A stretch of DNA of 60,263 nucleotides from Pseudobdellovibrionaceae bacterium. Its GTDB lineage: Bacteria; Bdellovibrionota; Bdellovibrionia; Bdellovibrionales; Bdellovibrionaceae. Below, in pieces: positions 29,201 through 39,023 of the stretch. Each line of letters begins with the position of its first letter. Within the stretch, counting starts at the first letter, position 1. Under the pieces are notes generated by a model. That model saw only the letters and a program-made list of their open reading frames with translations, was not told the origin of the DNA and did no database searches. Where the stretch lies: NCBI GenBank assembly GCA_043745515.1, contig JAYTTH010000316.1, forward strand, positions 1-60,263, given 5' to 3'. The position numbers and the translations under genes were made by a program.

Positions 29201-29785
29201 CTAATTTGAGCCATTCTGCATTTCCTTAACACTATTTAAATTCGTTCGAAAACGTCTCACTAAGGACGGAATAACCATCATAGCCACCATAATAATCACC
29301 GCCGCCCAAGTGCCATCACCCAATATATTATTCAACCAAATTGTAGAAGCCATAACAACCCCAAAGAAAAACATATCCCCCAAAATGGCAATCGCCCATC
29401 CAGATATAAAACCGTGTCCAGCAGCCATAGCGGCCGCACGACCAGTCATTGGGTCAACTCCAAATGCAATTGTGACAAGTAAAAATGGTCCCGGCTTGGA
29501 ACCATAACCGGATATAGTTCGCGAAGTCGATTTTTTAATAGCGTCACCCAGGTTAGCTAAAAATTTCGACCGTTTACTTCCATATATAAAGAGCATCATT
29601 AGTGGTTCAAATAAAAATGCCAGAAGAATATCGGACACAAAATAAAGTAGCAACATCGACATCCATCCAATCCCTTTGCTCTGCGCCAATACCACTCCGG
29701 CGGGTATCCCCCCGCCAATAGGAATTACAAAAAGCAAAAAGACGTCCCACGCATTTGTTAATGAACTGAAAGAAAACGCATCCAT
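29201..29785 (-). CDS. polytopic membrane protein (possibly COG2426 small-multidrug-export-like)
   Basis: Four to five TM segments. IPIGGGIPAGVVLAQSKGIGW resembles the family motif. The family assignment is tentative. Confidence 0.55.
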   Translation of the reverse strand: MDAFSFSSLTNAWDVFLLFVIPIGGGIPAGVVLAQSKGIGWMSMLLLYFVSDILLAFLFEPLMMLFIYGSKRSKFLANLGDAIKKSTSRTISGYGSKPGPFLLVTIAFGVDPMTGRAAAMAAGHGFISGWAIAILGDMFFFGVVMASTIWLNNILGDGTWAAVIIMVAMMVIPSLVRRFRTNLNSVKEMQNGSN

Positions 29786-29838
29786 ACCCAGCTATCTTCC
29801 TTGATTCGATTCATGGAGGCAAGAAATTCTCGCCAGCC

Positions 29839-29859
29839 GAGCACCATATGAGGGTGCTC
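29839..29859 (-). terminator. hairpin between tandem minus-strand genes (weak terminator candidate)
   Basis: GAGCACC-ATATGAG-GGTGCTC is a perfect 7-bp stem. There is no clear U-tract. Confidence 0.3.
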
Positions 29860-29862
29860 AAT

Positions 29863-30849
29863 CTAAACATTTACCAATGAAGCACCCAATATTTCCTGAA
29901 CCATTGCTTGAACTGCGTTTTTAATTTCAACTGAGCCTTTTACTGTTCTTGCCGATCTAGATAAATCTATAATAGTTTGAAAGGATTCAGGAAATTGAGT
30001 CAAAAGAGACGGTAAATCAGGCGTAATTTCATTTTTTGAAATTCTGTATAGAAGCTCGTCTAAAACCGCCAAATGAGTTTTAGAACTATAGCTGGGCGGC
30101 TGAGCCAAATCATCAAGTACCACACCGATAGTGTAAGGTAAAATAAGTGCAGAAATATTTGGCTTAGAGACTGATTTGAAATACCAAGCGATAGCGGTAT
30201 TAACTCTTTCGGCATTGCTCTTAAGAAGAGGCCAGTGCACGTGATCCACCCCTGCAATATGGGCAATTAGATCATGAGTCCCCATAAAAGCCAGTTTTCC
30301 TTGCCGAATCAGGTTTGAAAATAAAAGCGCATCATTGTTTTCAATTTCCCAAAAGTTGGTTTGATAATATCCTTTTGATGGATCAAAACCGCCAAATAGC
30401 GAATTCATTCCCCAGGATTTTATCAAAACAAGTTCTATATTTTGCAAACCCGCAATTTTATATATGATTTCAGGAAAAATAAAAAGTGAATGAAGTGTGC
30501 CATCTTCATTACACGAAAGTTCTGGATGAATGACTTCATAGAAGCCTTTGGTCCTTAGCTCAAGTCGCTGGCTGTCCAATGAAAATATTCGCACGCCAAA
30601 TAAACCGTTCCATTCAATAAACTCGACACGCAATGATTCCCTTCGGACCATCTTAGCTTCCGGTGCACAAAAAATAAAACGAGCCAACTCGTCATTAACG
30701 GTTCCGACTTCTCTGGCAATTCCATAACTTGCAATTATCGAAGCCAATTTTATATCAGCCGAAAAGGACGTCACTTCTGACAATCGTTCAAACTCCCTTC
30801 GAAGGAGAAGAATGTCCCCCGAAGTCAAACTTACAACTTGATGCTTCAT
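29863..30849 (-). CDS. hypothetical cytoplasmic protein (328 aa), no family recognised
   Basis: Long ORF with ordinary composition. His-rich patch FMGTHDLIAHIAGVDHVHWP. Stop lies 3 nt... rather, the upstream small gene ends 3 nt before this start. Confidence 0.6.
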   Translation of the reverse strand: MKHQVVSLTSGDILLLRREFERLSEVTSFSADIKLASIIASYGIAREVGTVNDELARFIFCAPEAKMVRRESLRVEFIEWNGLFGVRIFSLDSQRLELRTKGFYEVIHPELSCNEDGTLHSLFIFPEIIYKIAGLQNIELVLIKSWGMNSLFGGFDPSKGYYQTNFWEIENNDALLFSNLIRQGKLAFMGTHDLIAHIAGVDHVHWPLLKSNAERVNTAIAWYFKSVSKPNISALILPYTIGVVLDDLAQPPSYSSKTHLAVLDELLYRISKNEITPDLPSLLTQFPESFQTIIDLSRSARTVKGSVEIKNAVQAMVQEILGASLVNV

Positions 30850-30852
30850 AAG

Positions 30853-31125
30853 TTAGGAGTTGAAAGAAGCGTAAACGTCATGAATGCCCTGACTTACCGA
30901 CGAAGTGGCCACGGGCAAAACGTCCGCATTAAATCCACGCGCTTTACAGGCCGCGGGAACTTTTAGCCACGTGCTTTCTATCGACTTTAGCGACGCAACG
31001 TTAAGTTTTTCAGTTTTGGACTCCAATTTCAGAGCCTGGGCACTTTGAATCGGAACCAGGGGGCTTGCCGCAATCAAAAAATTCACGGCGCCGACTAGAA
31101 CACGCGCAGCTGTAGTTTGAATCAT
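30853..31125 (-). CDS. small secreted protein (90 aa)
   Basis: Start at MIQTTAARVLVGAVNFLIAASPLVPIQSAQA (signal peptide) with AAGGAGA 7 nt upstream. The ORF is open to 31206. Confidence 0.55.
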   Translation of the reverse strand: MIQTTAARVLVGAVNFLIAASPLVPIQSAQALKLESKTEKLNVASLKSIESTWLKVPAACKARGFNADVLPVATSSVSQGIHDVYASFNS

Positions 31126-31356
31126 AAATATTTCTCCTTGTTTTTGGGTCACACCGCGTGACTTGGACCGACTGTGCCAGAGTCTATAAAAACAAAAAAG
31201 AAACAAATTTGAAATATATGTTTCTAATACCGAAACATTATTTTTTGCTAGTTATAGCCAAAGAAAATTCCATTTCCAAATAGCTTCTTTACAAATAAGG
31301 GGCAGCCAATTAAATTTACCCTATAAAACCAAGCAATATCTGATATTTACCGATAT

Positions 31357-31413
31357 TCAACCATTTGGTTGACAATAGGTACCGATTTGACTAATAATCA
31401 ACCATATGGTTAA
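31357..31413 (+). promoter_or_regulatory. two palindromic operator candidates for the ArsR-family repressor
   Basis: TCAACCA-TT-TGGTTGA (31357-31372) and TCAACCATATGGTTAA (31398-31413). The second has the perfect core AACCATATGGTT and contains the arsR-like ATG at 31406. Centres are 41 bp apart. Confidence 0.6.
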
Positions 31414-31771
31414 CATTCAATCTTCAGAACTCGATCAACTGTTTTATGCGCTTTCAGATCCCACTCGCCGCCAGATTTTAAAAATGCTACACGATGGGGT
31501 TCATACTATTGGCGCACTCAGTGAACCTTTTGAAATATCGCTCGCGGCTATTTCGAAACACGTTAAAATTCTAGAAAATGCAAACCTTCTAAACCGTAAA
31601 AAATTGGGTCGAATTCATGAGTGCTCGCTAAACCCAGAAGCATTGAAAACTGCTGAAGAATGCATTCAATTTTACACTCATTTTTGGAATGACCGGCTGG
31701 ATAACCTGGCCAATCAATTAGAAAACAAGACTACTGTAACCAACCAACCTAAAAAACCAAGGAGAAAATAA
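31406..31771 (+). CDS. ArsR/SmtB-family transcriptional regulator
   Basis: LSDPTRRQILKML and ISLAAISKHVKILENANLL form the wHTH. Confidence 0.85.
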   Translation: MVNIQSSELDQLFYALSDPTRRQILKMLHDGVHTIGALSEPFEISLAAISKHVKILENANLLNRKKLGRIHECSLNPEALKTAEECIQFYTHFWNDRLDNLANQLENKTTVTNQPKKPRRK

Positions 31772-31772
31772 A

Positions 31773-32585
31773 ATGACCTATCAAATGAAAACCGAAAAAA
31801 TTATCGGACGAATGGCAAGCGATGTCTTTCAGGCATTGAAAGAGGGGTTGCTTTTTATGAACTGTGGGGCAGATTCAAGCACGATTAAAATTGATTTTAG
31901 AGTGGGCGGAAAATACTATATCGATTTTAGAAATCATACACTTTCAAACTACGGCGAATTTATTGAAATTATTCCAAATAAAAAAATTGTTTTCACTTGG
32001 TGCCAATCCTTTGGACCGGATCAGGCTCCTGATACTCATGTAGCCATCGAATTGTTTGAAGACGGATCAAAAACACGGTTGGTGCTTTTGCATACTGGAT
32101 TTAAAACCAAAGAAATGGCTGACAATCATGAAAAAGGCTGGAATGCTGGTTTCGCTGATTTTGGAAATGAAATTCAAGATGGTCGCCTTCGTCTACTGCG
32201 CACTTTTGAAACATCTGCAGAAAATCTTTATTCCATATGCAAAAACCCTGAAACATTTTTTGCCTTTATGGGCGATCTATCCAAAGGATTCGTGGATTTT
32301 AAAGTCGGTGGAAAATATCAATTGCCAACGGCAAAAGGTGAAATCAAAGGCGAATTTTTGGATATCCTTCCCAACCAAAAAATTGCGTTGTCCTGGTTAG
32401 TTGGTTATGCTGGACCACTTTTGGATAGCAAAGTTACCCTAACGATAAATAAAAAAGACGACGGTGGTTCAACATTGGAACTTGTTCATTCCGGCCTTCA
32501 TTCAGTCGCGGACAAAAAGGCCCATCGTTTTGGTTGGGAAACCGTGACTAAAAAAATAAAAGAAAAGGTTGTAAGTTTTCAGTAG
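31773..32585 (+). CDS. tandem SRPBCC/AHSA1-domain protein
   Basis: Two repeats of the AHSA1-like module (FRVGGKYYIDF...GEFIEIIPNKKIVFTW and FKVGGKYQLP...GEFLDILPNQKIALSW). Starts 1 nt after the ArsR stop. Confidence 0.75.
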   Translation: MTYQMKTEKIIGRMASDVFQALKEGLLFMNCGADSSTIKIDFRVGGKYYIDFRNHTLSNYGEFIEIIPNKKIVFTWCQSFGPDQAPDTHVAIELFEDGSKTRLVLLHTGFKTKEMADNHEKGWNAGFADFGNEIQDGRLRLLRTFETSAENLYSICKNPETFFAFMGDLSKGFVDFKVGGKYQLPTAKGEIKGEFLDILPNQKIALSWLVGYAGPLLDSKVTLTINKKDDGGSTLELVHSGLHSVADKKAHRFGWETVTKKIKEKVVSFQ

Positions 32586-32685
32586 AAAAATTTGAAACGA
32601 TTGATTGGCGCCTAATGGGCGTCATTCGATGAAAACCAAATCTGCAAATCGAATTATTTGCGGTCATCATTAAAAACTTTTCAAA

Positions 32686-32886
32686 CTATTTCCTTAAAGA
32701 ATATTCAAATGGATTTTCGCTGCGATTCTCAATTTCTTTTTCTATAAACTTGCTTACAAGCAACTTTTGTTTCTCAGATAGCGCCTTCTCAAAGAAATCT
32801 CCCTTCATTTCTTTCAATTCCGCGGATGCCGCATTCAAAAGCCGAGAAAAACAACATAGAATGAGTAAAACAAAATTACCTTTCAA
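32686..32886 (-). CDS. small secreted protein (66 aa)
   Basis: Signal peptide MKGNFVLLILCCFSRLLNA. Overlaps the upstream methyltransferase stop by 4 nt. Confidence 0.45.
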   Translation of the reverse strand: MKGNFVLLILCCFSRLLNAASAELKEMKGDFFEKALSEKQKLLVSKFIEKEIENRSENPFEYSLRK

Positions 32887-33560
32887 AACGAACCCCCTAA
32901 AGACTTTTCGATGATGCGACTGAGGCAGACCAGATCGGTACCTCGGATATCTCCTACCAAATCCACCCGCAATTGACCATCAGAAATCTCAAGGATTTGG
33001 TCAGATAAACTAATTTTTCGCTCTTCTTGATTGCGTACCAGTATATAGGATTTGCCGGTAATTGAAAGTCGACTTTGAATAAAAAAAATCAAACTATTGA
33101 AATCGGAATCAATAAAAAACCTGGAACGCATTTTTAATTCAGAGGTTGGGAGTTTTCCGTGGCCTTTGAAGAAATATGGCGGGTTGCATAGTATTAAATC
33201 ATAAAACCGCTGGGGTTTTGACTTTAATAGTTCGCTGTAGTTTTCATTTATAAATTGAACTTTTGTTCCCCGACTTTTCATACTAGCTTGATTTTTTTCA
33301 AAGTGTGGCCAATAAGCATTTTGAACTTCGAGAAAGTCAAAAACGTAGGGTGCAGTTATTTTACTTTGCCGGCAATGGTAAAGAAAATCCATTCCAACTA
33401 TGCCGCAGCCAGCACACAAATCAAGGGCACTATCCACTGTGTTCCCGGTTTCCCTGTAGAACTCAAAAACGTGCCGGGCTAAAAACACAGAATCATGCGA
33501 AAATTTATAGTCTTCCGGTTGCGAATATTGAAAAGTTGGAAAATAATTTATTGACGTCAT
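32883..33560 (-). CDS. NPPY-motif class I SAM-dependent methyltransferase (TrmN6/YfiC-like)
   Basis: LDLCAGCGIVG (motif I) and LCNPPYF (motif IV of N6-adenine and N-methyltransferases). ATG 33560 forms an ATGA overlap with the GH1 stop. The ORF is open to 33581. Confidence 0.7.
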   Translation of the reverse strand: MTSINYFPTFQYSQPEDYKFSHDSVFLARHVFEFYRETGNTVDSALDLCAGCGIVGMDFLYHCRQSKITAPYVFDFLEVQNAYWPHFEKNQASMKSRGTKVQFINENYSELLKSKPQRFYDLILCNPPYFFKGHGKLPTSELKMRSRFFIDSDFNSLIFFIQSRLSITGKSYILVRNQEERKISLSDQILEISDGQLRVDLVGDIRGTDLVCLSRIIEKSLGGSF

Positions 33561-34963
33561 GTTGAATTCGACCTGATCCAATCACGGTACCAGAAAAAAC
33601 TTTTCTTTTTTATGCGTCGTAAATCTTTAAGATCAGTTTCATCACGATTAACATATACCAAACCATATCGTTTTTGATAACCATTTAGCCAGCTTAAGAC
33701 ATCCGTAAAAGACCAAACAAAATACCCTAATGCGGGAACTCCATCTTGAATTGTGGCTTGCATTGCCAAAACGTGGCTTTTTAAATATTCTATTCGAGCA
33801 TAATCATGAATTTCAGACTCACAAGTGATTTGATCAAAGTCACCCAATCCATTTTCTGTGATCATCAATGGCAGTGAATAGCGATTATAAAGTCGACTAA
33901 GTCCAAATCGCAAACCGGCAGGATCGATATTCCAATCCCAAGCTGTTCGCTCTAGAGTTGAGTTTTTTACTGTTTTAAAAAGTCCAGGTATTCCCGAGTC
34001 GGTCCCGCTGCCTTTAATTCCCGTAGTATTGAAATGGCCCTCTGTAGTTCCTCCTTCGAGTGGATTTCTTTCATAGGTCAAACTTTGGTAATAGTTTATT
34101 CCAATGAAATCTGGTTTACCCATTTTTAATAGCTCAAAGTCGCCCGGCAATATAGTTTGTGCTAAATTGTTGTTTTCCAACCACCGCATTACTGTTTCAG
34201 GATAGGTACCCGCAACGTATGCATTAAGCCACCAAGAATTTATAAACTCATCAGCCATTTCGCAGGCCAAAATATCATCAGGGTGCGGTGTTGAAGAATA
34301 GCTTGGCGAATAAGCAAAGCTCGGACCGATCATCCCCTTCCTATTCATCTGCCGAAAACTTTGAATGACTTTAGCATTTGCCAAAAGGGCAATATGATTA
34401 GCTTCGTAAAACCGTTTGCGATCCTTGACTGCAGGCGGGTGCAATCCGTTTACATAGGCATGCATTAAATGATAATTCTGTTCGTTCCAGGTTATCCAAT
34501 TTAGAACCCGATCGCCAAAGCATCCAAAAAGAGTCCGACAGAATAGATCAAAATGTTCTATAATCTTTCGAGACTCCCAGGCTCCATATTCCTGCATAAG
34601 GCTCTGAGGAACATCCCAATGATGTAAAGTTACAACCGGGACTATTTTATTTTTTAAAAGCTCGTCGATTAAATTGTCATAAAATTTTAATCCGGCTTCG
34701 TTAACTGATCCCTCGCCTTTAGGAAAAATCCGCGGCCAACTGACGGAAAATCTATACGCCTTCAACCCCGCTTCTTTCATCAAAGCCACATCGTCTTTGT
34801 AGCGATGGTAGTGATCTACCGCGACATCGCCATTTGAGTTTTTAAAAGTAGCCCCGGAATTTTTGGTAAAGTCATCCCATATTGACGGACCTTTTCCGTC
34901 CTCATTCCATGCCCCTTCGACTTGATAGGCAGCTGAAGCGGCCCCCCACAAAAAATTATCCAT
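33557..34963 (-). CDS. glycoside hydrolase family 1 beta-glucosidase / 6-phospho-beta-glucosidase
   Basis: FLWGAASAAYQVEGAWNEDGKGPSIWD, WITWNEQN (acid/base Glu region), ITENG (nucleophile Glu). Confidence 0.9.
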   Translation of the reverse strand: MDNFLWGAASAAYQVEGAWNEDGKGPSIWDDFTKNSGATFKNSNGDVAVDHYHRYKDDVALMKEAGLKAYRFSVSWPRIFPKGEGSVNEAGLKFYDNLIDELLKNKIVPVVTLHHWDVPQSLMQEYGAWESRKIIEHFDLFCRTLFGCFGDRVLNWITWNEQNYHLMHAYVNGLHPPAVKDRKRFYEANHIALLANAKVIQSFRQMNRKGMIGPSFAYSPSYSSTPHPDDILACEMADEFINSWWLNAYVAGTYPETVMRWLENNNLAQTILPGDFELLKMGKPDFIGINYYQSLTYERNPLEGGTTEGHFNTTGIKGSGTDSGIPGLFKTVKNSTLERTAWDWNIDPAGLRFGLSRLYNRYSLPLMITENGLGDFDQITCESEIHDYARIEYLKSHVLAMQATIQDGVPALGYFVWSFTDVLSWLNGYQKRYGLVYVNRDETDLKDLRRIKKKSFFWYRDWIRSNST

Positions 34964-35073
34964 TTATTACTAACTTTCCTTAGCTGTAGTTTAGGTCAAA
35001 TTTCTCAATTTAAATGTACCTAAGGCCGCTAGCTTAGGCAAGGCACAGAGGTTGCGTAAATTCTCAATTTCAT

Positions 35074-36849
35074 TTGCCCGAATTGGATTCTGGAGACTAT
35101 TATGCCGACGTGTACAAACTTAGAGACTACCAACAGCAGGCTGTTAATAATGTCATCAGGTTTTTTCAGAAAAAACAAGAGCCTGCCGTTATCGTATTGC
35201 CAACCGGAGCTGGAAAAAGTTTGGTAATTGCCGAACTGGCTCGCATTGCTAAAGGGCGCGTCTTAGTTCTTGCCCACGTAAAAGAACTCGTAGAACAGAA
35301 TTACGATAAATACAAAAGTTATGGTCTATCAGCTGGAATATTTTCAGCTAGCCTAGGCAAAAAAGATTGGGATCAAAAAGCTATTTTTGGTGGCGTTCAG
35401 TCTGTCGCTCGCGCGCCGGATGATTTTTTTCATAATTTTTCTTTACTTGTCATCGATGAATGTCATCGCGTCGCCGATGAAGGCTCTACACAATATCAAG
35501 AGATAATTAAAAAGCTATTGGATCGAAACCCAGGACTGTTTATTTTGGGCCTAACCGCGACGCCCTACCGCATGGGCCTCGGGTGGATTTATGAATACTC
35601 CGAGGCCGGTGAAATCAAAACGGACAAAAAGCGATTTTTCAAACGATGTGTTTATGAATTACCACTTTCCTATATGATTAAAAACAAATTCCTAACTACG
35701 CCGGTAAAGGTAGACATCCCCGTCACTAGTTATGATTTTTCAGAACTAACTGACAATAACAGGTCCTATACGATTTCAGAAGTGGAAGAGATTTTAAAAA
35801 GCCAAAAACGCCTGACCCCGTTGATTATAAAAAATATTATAGATATCACCGAACGGTTTAACCGCCAAGGTGTAATGATCTTTAGTAGTTCTGTTAAACA
35901 TGCTGAAGAAATAATGACCTACTTACCGCCAGACGAGTCTAGACTCGTTGTGGGTGATACTGAAATTAAGGACCGAGACAAAATTATTAAGGATTTTAAA
36001 AACAAAAAATTCAAATATCTCGTAAATGTTTCGGTTTTGACGACAGGATTTGATGCGCCTCATGTAGATGTAATTGCGATCTTGCGTCCGACCGAATCAA
36101 ATAGCCTCTATCAACAAATTATTGGACGCGGGTTGCGTTTGTCTGACGAAAAAAAAGATTGTTATGTTTTGGACTACACGGGAATGGGCCATGATATTTT
36201 TGCTCCGGACATAGCGGACAAGCGACCTGCCAAAGACACGGTGGCCGTCGTCGTACCCTGCCCCGCTTGCGGTTTTGAAAATGATTTTTGGGGCTACGCT
36301 GATGACGAAGGCAACATACTTGAACATTATGGACGCAAATGCCGAGGAGCCACTCAGGATCCCAATACTTTTGAAATTATACCATGTGGGTTTCGATTTC
36401 GATTTAAAATTTGTCACGTTTGCGGATCAGAGAATGATTTAACTGCGCGAGATTGTGGCAAATGCAAAGCGATACTAATCGATGCAGACACAAAATTAAA
36501 GCAGGCAAAACTTTCAAAAAATGCGCACGTGTTAACACCCGATCGAATTACCTTTGAAGAACGAAAAGACAAAAATTCACAACCTTATTTGGAAATTCGA
36601 TATTATGATTTTGATGCTAAATATCTTAGTGAAGCTCACTTTTTTTCTAACCCGTCTTCGATTAAAAAATTTAATATCAATTTCTTGCGATCCCATTTAA
36701 GGCGACCAGAACTTGCGGCCGATTTGGCGACTCCACAAGATGTCATTCGGTTTCAAAAGCTTTTTCGTCTGCCGGCTTTTGTTATCGCAAGAAAACAGGA
36801 TAAATTTTGGAAAATAACAGAAAAGGTATTTGCAGAAGAACTTGTTTGA
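35074..36849 (+). CDS. radD: SF2 DNA-repair helicase RadD (YejH-like)
   Basis: Colinear with E. coli RadD: [92 protein letters not shown], and zinc-ribbon CPACGF...[16 protein letters not shown] start at 35074. GTG at 35110 is an alternative. Confidence 0.85.
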   Translation: MPELDSGDYYADVYKLRDYQQQAVNNVIRFFQKKQEPAVIVLPTGAGKSLVIAELARIAKGRVLVLAHVKELVEQNYDKYKSYGLSAGIFSASLGKKDWDQKAIFGGVQSVARAPDDFFHNFSLLVIDECHRVADEGSTQYQEIIKKLLDRNPGLFILGLTATPYRMGLGWIYEYSEAGEIKTDKKRFFKRCVYELPLSYMIKNKFLTTPVKVDIPVTSYDFSELTDNNRSYTISEVEEILKSQKRLTPLIIKNIIDITERFNRQGVMIFSSSVKHAEEIMTYLPPDESRLVVGDTEIKDRDKIIKDFKNKKFKYLVNVSVLTTGFDAPHVDVIAILRPTESNSLYQQIIGRGLRLSDEKKDCYVLDYTGMGHDIFAPDIADKRPAKDTVAVVVPCPACGFENDFWGYADDEGNILEHYGRKCRGATQDPNTFEIIPCGFRFRFKICHVCGSENDLTARDCGKCKAILIDADTKLKQAKLSKNAHVLTPDRITFEERKDKNSQPYLEIRYYDFDAKYLSEAHFFSNPSSIKKFNINFLRSHLRRPELAADLATPQDVIRFQKLFRLPAFVIARKQDKFWKITEKVFAEELV

Positions 36850-36876
36850 GTACTGTTTAAAGATTTCAATATTGAC

Positions 36877-37062
36877 TCAATCGGATTGAGACATTTTATG
36901 AATTACAATCTGAATCGTCTTTGAATCAATTCCCGCAAGATGCAGCAGTTGGTGAGTTTTATTGAAATCGTCAGAGTCAACGGCTTCGAAAAACTCTTCA
37001 ATTTTGCCAATTTCGGCGAGCTTTTCAAGAACCAAAGTCCCTTCAAAATCACTTTCATCCAT
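36877..37062 (-). CDS. small acidic protein (61 aa), function unknown
   Basis: ORF only. No recognisable motif. Confidence 0.4.
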   Translation of the reverse strand: MDESDFEGTLVLEKLAEIGKIEEFFEAVDSDDFNKTHQLLHLAGIDSKTIQIVIHKMSQSD

Positions 37063-37123
37063 ATAAAGTCCTAGCTAAATATTTTTCCGCGAATTCCAAA
37101 CAACCACCTTGCAGAGTTTGATA

Positions 37124-38242
37124 TTAACTACAACTATTGGCTAAGCCAAATAAGCTTATATACAACCCAACTATCAAAAATCCAAGCTCGAGCCAACCGT
37201 GAAGCATTGCGAGTCCAAAATAAGCTTGGCCAAACCAAGGCGTAAAAACCCATATAAATAGTGCCAGTAGTCCGCCCAAGACCAAAAGTGAAAACGTCTT
37301 TGGGCCGCAATCACCTTTGAGCTCTTCCAAGCTTTTTCGAAAAGATTTTGGAACAATATTTTTATCCAAGCACTGTGGGATGGCCTGTAACCAAATAAAG
37401 TAGTGCAGGGAAAGCCCAAAAGAATAGAGAACAATCATTCGATCCCAAACCATCTGGTTTTGCGACCAAGAAGCTAGAACCCAACCTCGGATTTCAAATG
37501 ACTGTGTAGAGATAAAATTTAAATTGGGCATCGAAATCCAGTTGTCTAAAAAACCGTAAAAAACAAAAAAATGAAATGTCGCAAATAAGAAAGTGGCCGA
37601 ATACGCCACAAATTTTTCTTCCAATTTTTTAGAAGCACAGATCCAATGTCCAAAAGCTTCCCAATTATGGAAAATCAATGCAAAACCTATAAAAGCCAAT
37701 GGATCCGCCCAAGCAAGTCCTAAAATTGCAAAAATTGTCATTCCAGTTAGCAAAAAAACCAGCCCATGGCGAATTGAAAAAAATTTTACCCTTATAAATG
37801 ACAAGGCCGAAATAGATAAAATAATTTCCCAAAAGCCATAGGGAACATCGGGAGGGACCAAAAATTTAGGAACTAAAAAACGAATTCCAAGCGAAAGACT
37901 TGTTAGAAATAGAAAGATTTTAAAGATTCTAGTTCTATCTTTTATAAAAGTCCCAACACACCGGCTTAGAAATCGAAAACTCGCGACAAGGTGAGGGTAA
38001 CCCAGAATCACCGGGCCAAATACAAGTAGTACCAAAGACCAATTTAAACTTAGATACAGGTATAAAATACTGAAAAAAAGAAAGCTAACGCCCAGCCTCC
38101 TTGATCGATTAGAATAAACTCTTCGTAATAGCGAGCTTTTTAAAGTTATGCGAAACAATGCTATCCGAAAATTATCCAAGACACCAACAATCCAGTTGGC
38201 AGAAAATTTCAGCAAAAAGCTTTGAAGACTTGCCGTACTCAT
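37124..38242 (-). CDS. polytopic membrane protein (about 10 TM), function unknown
   Basis: Hydrophobic throughout, with conserved-looking His contexts (GYPHLVASF, IFHNWEAFGHW, LSLHYFIW, AMLHGW). A Brp/Blh-type dioxygenase fold is conceivable but not supported. Confidence 0.6.
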   Translation of the reverse strand: MSTASLQSFLLKFSANWIVGVLDNFRIALFRITLKSSLLRRVYSNRSRRLGVSFLFFSILYLYLSLNWSLVLLVFGPVILGYPHLVASFRFLSRCVGTFIKDRTRIFKIFLFLTSLSLGIRFLVPKFLVPPDVPYGFWEIILSISALSFIRVKFFSIRHGLVFLLTGMTIFAILGLAWADPLAFIGFALIFHNWEAFGHWICASKKLEEKFVAYSATFLFATFHFFVFYGFLDNWISMPNLNFISTQSFEIRGWVLASWSQNQMVWDRMIVLYSFGLSLHYFIWLQAIPQCLDKNIVPKSFRKSLEELKGDCGPKTFSLLVLGGLLALFIWVFTPWFGQAYFGLAMLHGWLELGFLIVGLYISLFGLANSCS

Positions 38243-38330
38243 TATTGTTTACAAATCCTTTGGAATGCAGATAATCTCTTGAAGGTAGCGCAAGATCAAG
38301 AACACTTTTGACATTTAAATCGAGGAAATA

Positions 38331-39020
38331 ATGGTCCAAAATAAATTAAGGCAAATTACAAATAACTGTCTGCCCAAATTTCTAATCTTATTGCTGATTG
38401 GTGGATCTTGTTTTGCAAAAATGGCTGCACCAATGTCAGTCTCAGCGTCCGATACTGTGTCATTTTATAAATCACAGCAAAAAACCAAGAAATTGTCATC
38501 AGAAGATTCTAAAAAATTGAATCTGGCATTGTTTGCCCGCGATTTTTTCGATATCTCAGAATTTTTTATTTCTGGATACGGAACTACCACAGAGGAAAAA
38601 ATCAAAGCGGTGAGTTTGAATTCAATAGCTCGGTCCATAGAAATGGCAATTCAACAAAAATCAAGTTGGGACAATCAAAAAACGGCTAGCGATCTGTCAA
38701 AGATGAAGCAAGCTGGTGAGCTGGTTAAAAAAGCGTTAGGAAAGGATTCCTATGTGGTAGCTTGGTTTAGCTATCAAAATGGCGACAAAGGTGAAGCGAA
38801 GTCGATTCTTTCACGTGCTTTTGATAATTCCTACAACGAAGTTATGAAGCTAAAAGAATTAACTGGATTTAGAAACGAAAATCCACTTCAGCAAGCTGAA
38901 TTAACGTCAAAGGCTCTGATTCCGATGGCAACTGATCCTGAAAATAAGTCACGCGAATTACAAATGAAAAAAATGCGTACACACTTGAGTGGGCTTCCAA
39001 ATATGCAAATCATGACCTAG
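38331..39020 (+). CDS. secreted protein, function unknown
   Basis: Signal peptide ...LLIGGSCFAKMAAP. Helical, Lys/Glu-rich. Confidence 0.55.
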   Translation: MVQNKLRQITNNCLPKFLILLLIGGSCFAKMAAPMSVSASDTVSFYKSQQKTKKLSSEDSKKLNLALFARDFFDISEFFISGYGTTTEEKIKAVSLNSIARSIEMAIQQKSSWDNQKTASDLSKMKQAGELVKKALGKDSYVVAWFSYQNGDKGEAKSILSRAFDNSYNEVMKLKELTGFRNENPLQQAELTSKALIPMATDPENKSRELQMKKMRTHLSGLPNMQIMT

Positions 39021-39023
39021 CCA

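Noticed and set aside
32606-32660. Hairpins (TGGCGCC-TAAT-GGGCGTCA and GCAAAT-N6-ATTTGC) between the convergent genes at 32585 and 32686 as terminators
   Set aside because: The stems are short or wobble-containing and lack U-tracts. They are too weak to annotate.
37124-38242. Brp/Blh beta-carotene dioxygenase assignment for the 372-aa membrane protein
   Set aside because: It rests only on vague His-context resemblance (GYPH versus GIPHGA). There are no carotenoid or rhodopsin genes nearby. It is kept as an unknown membrane protein.
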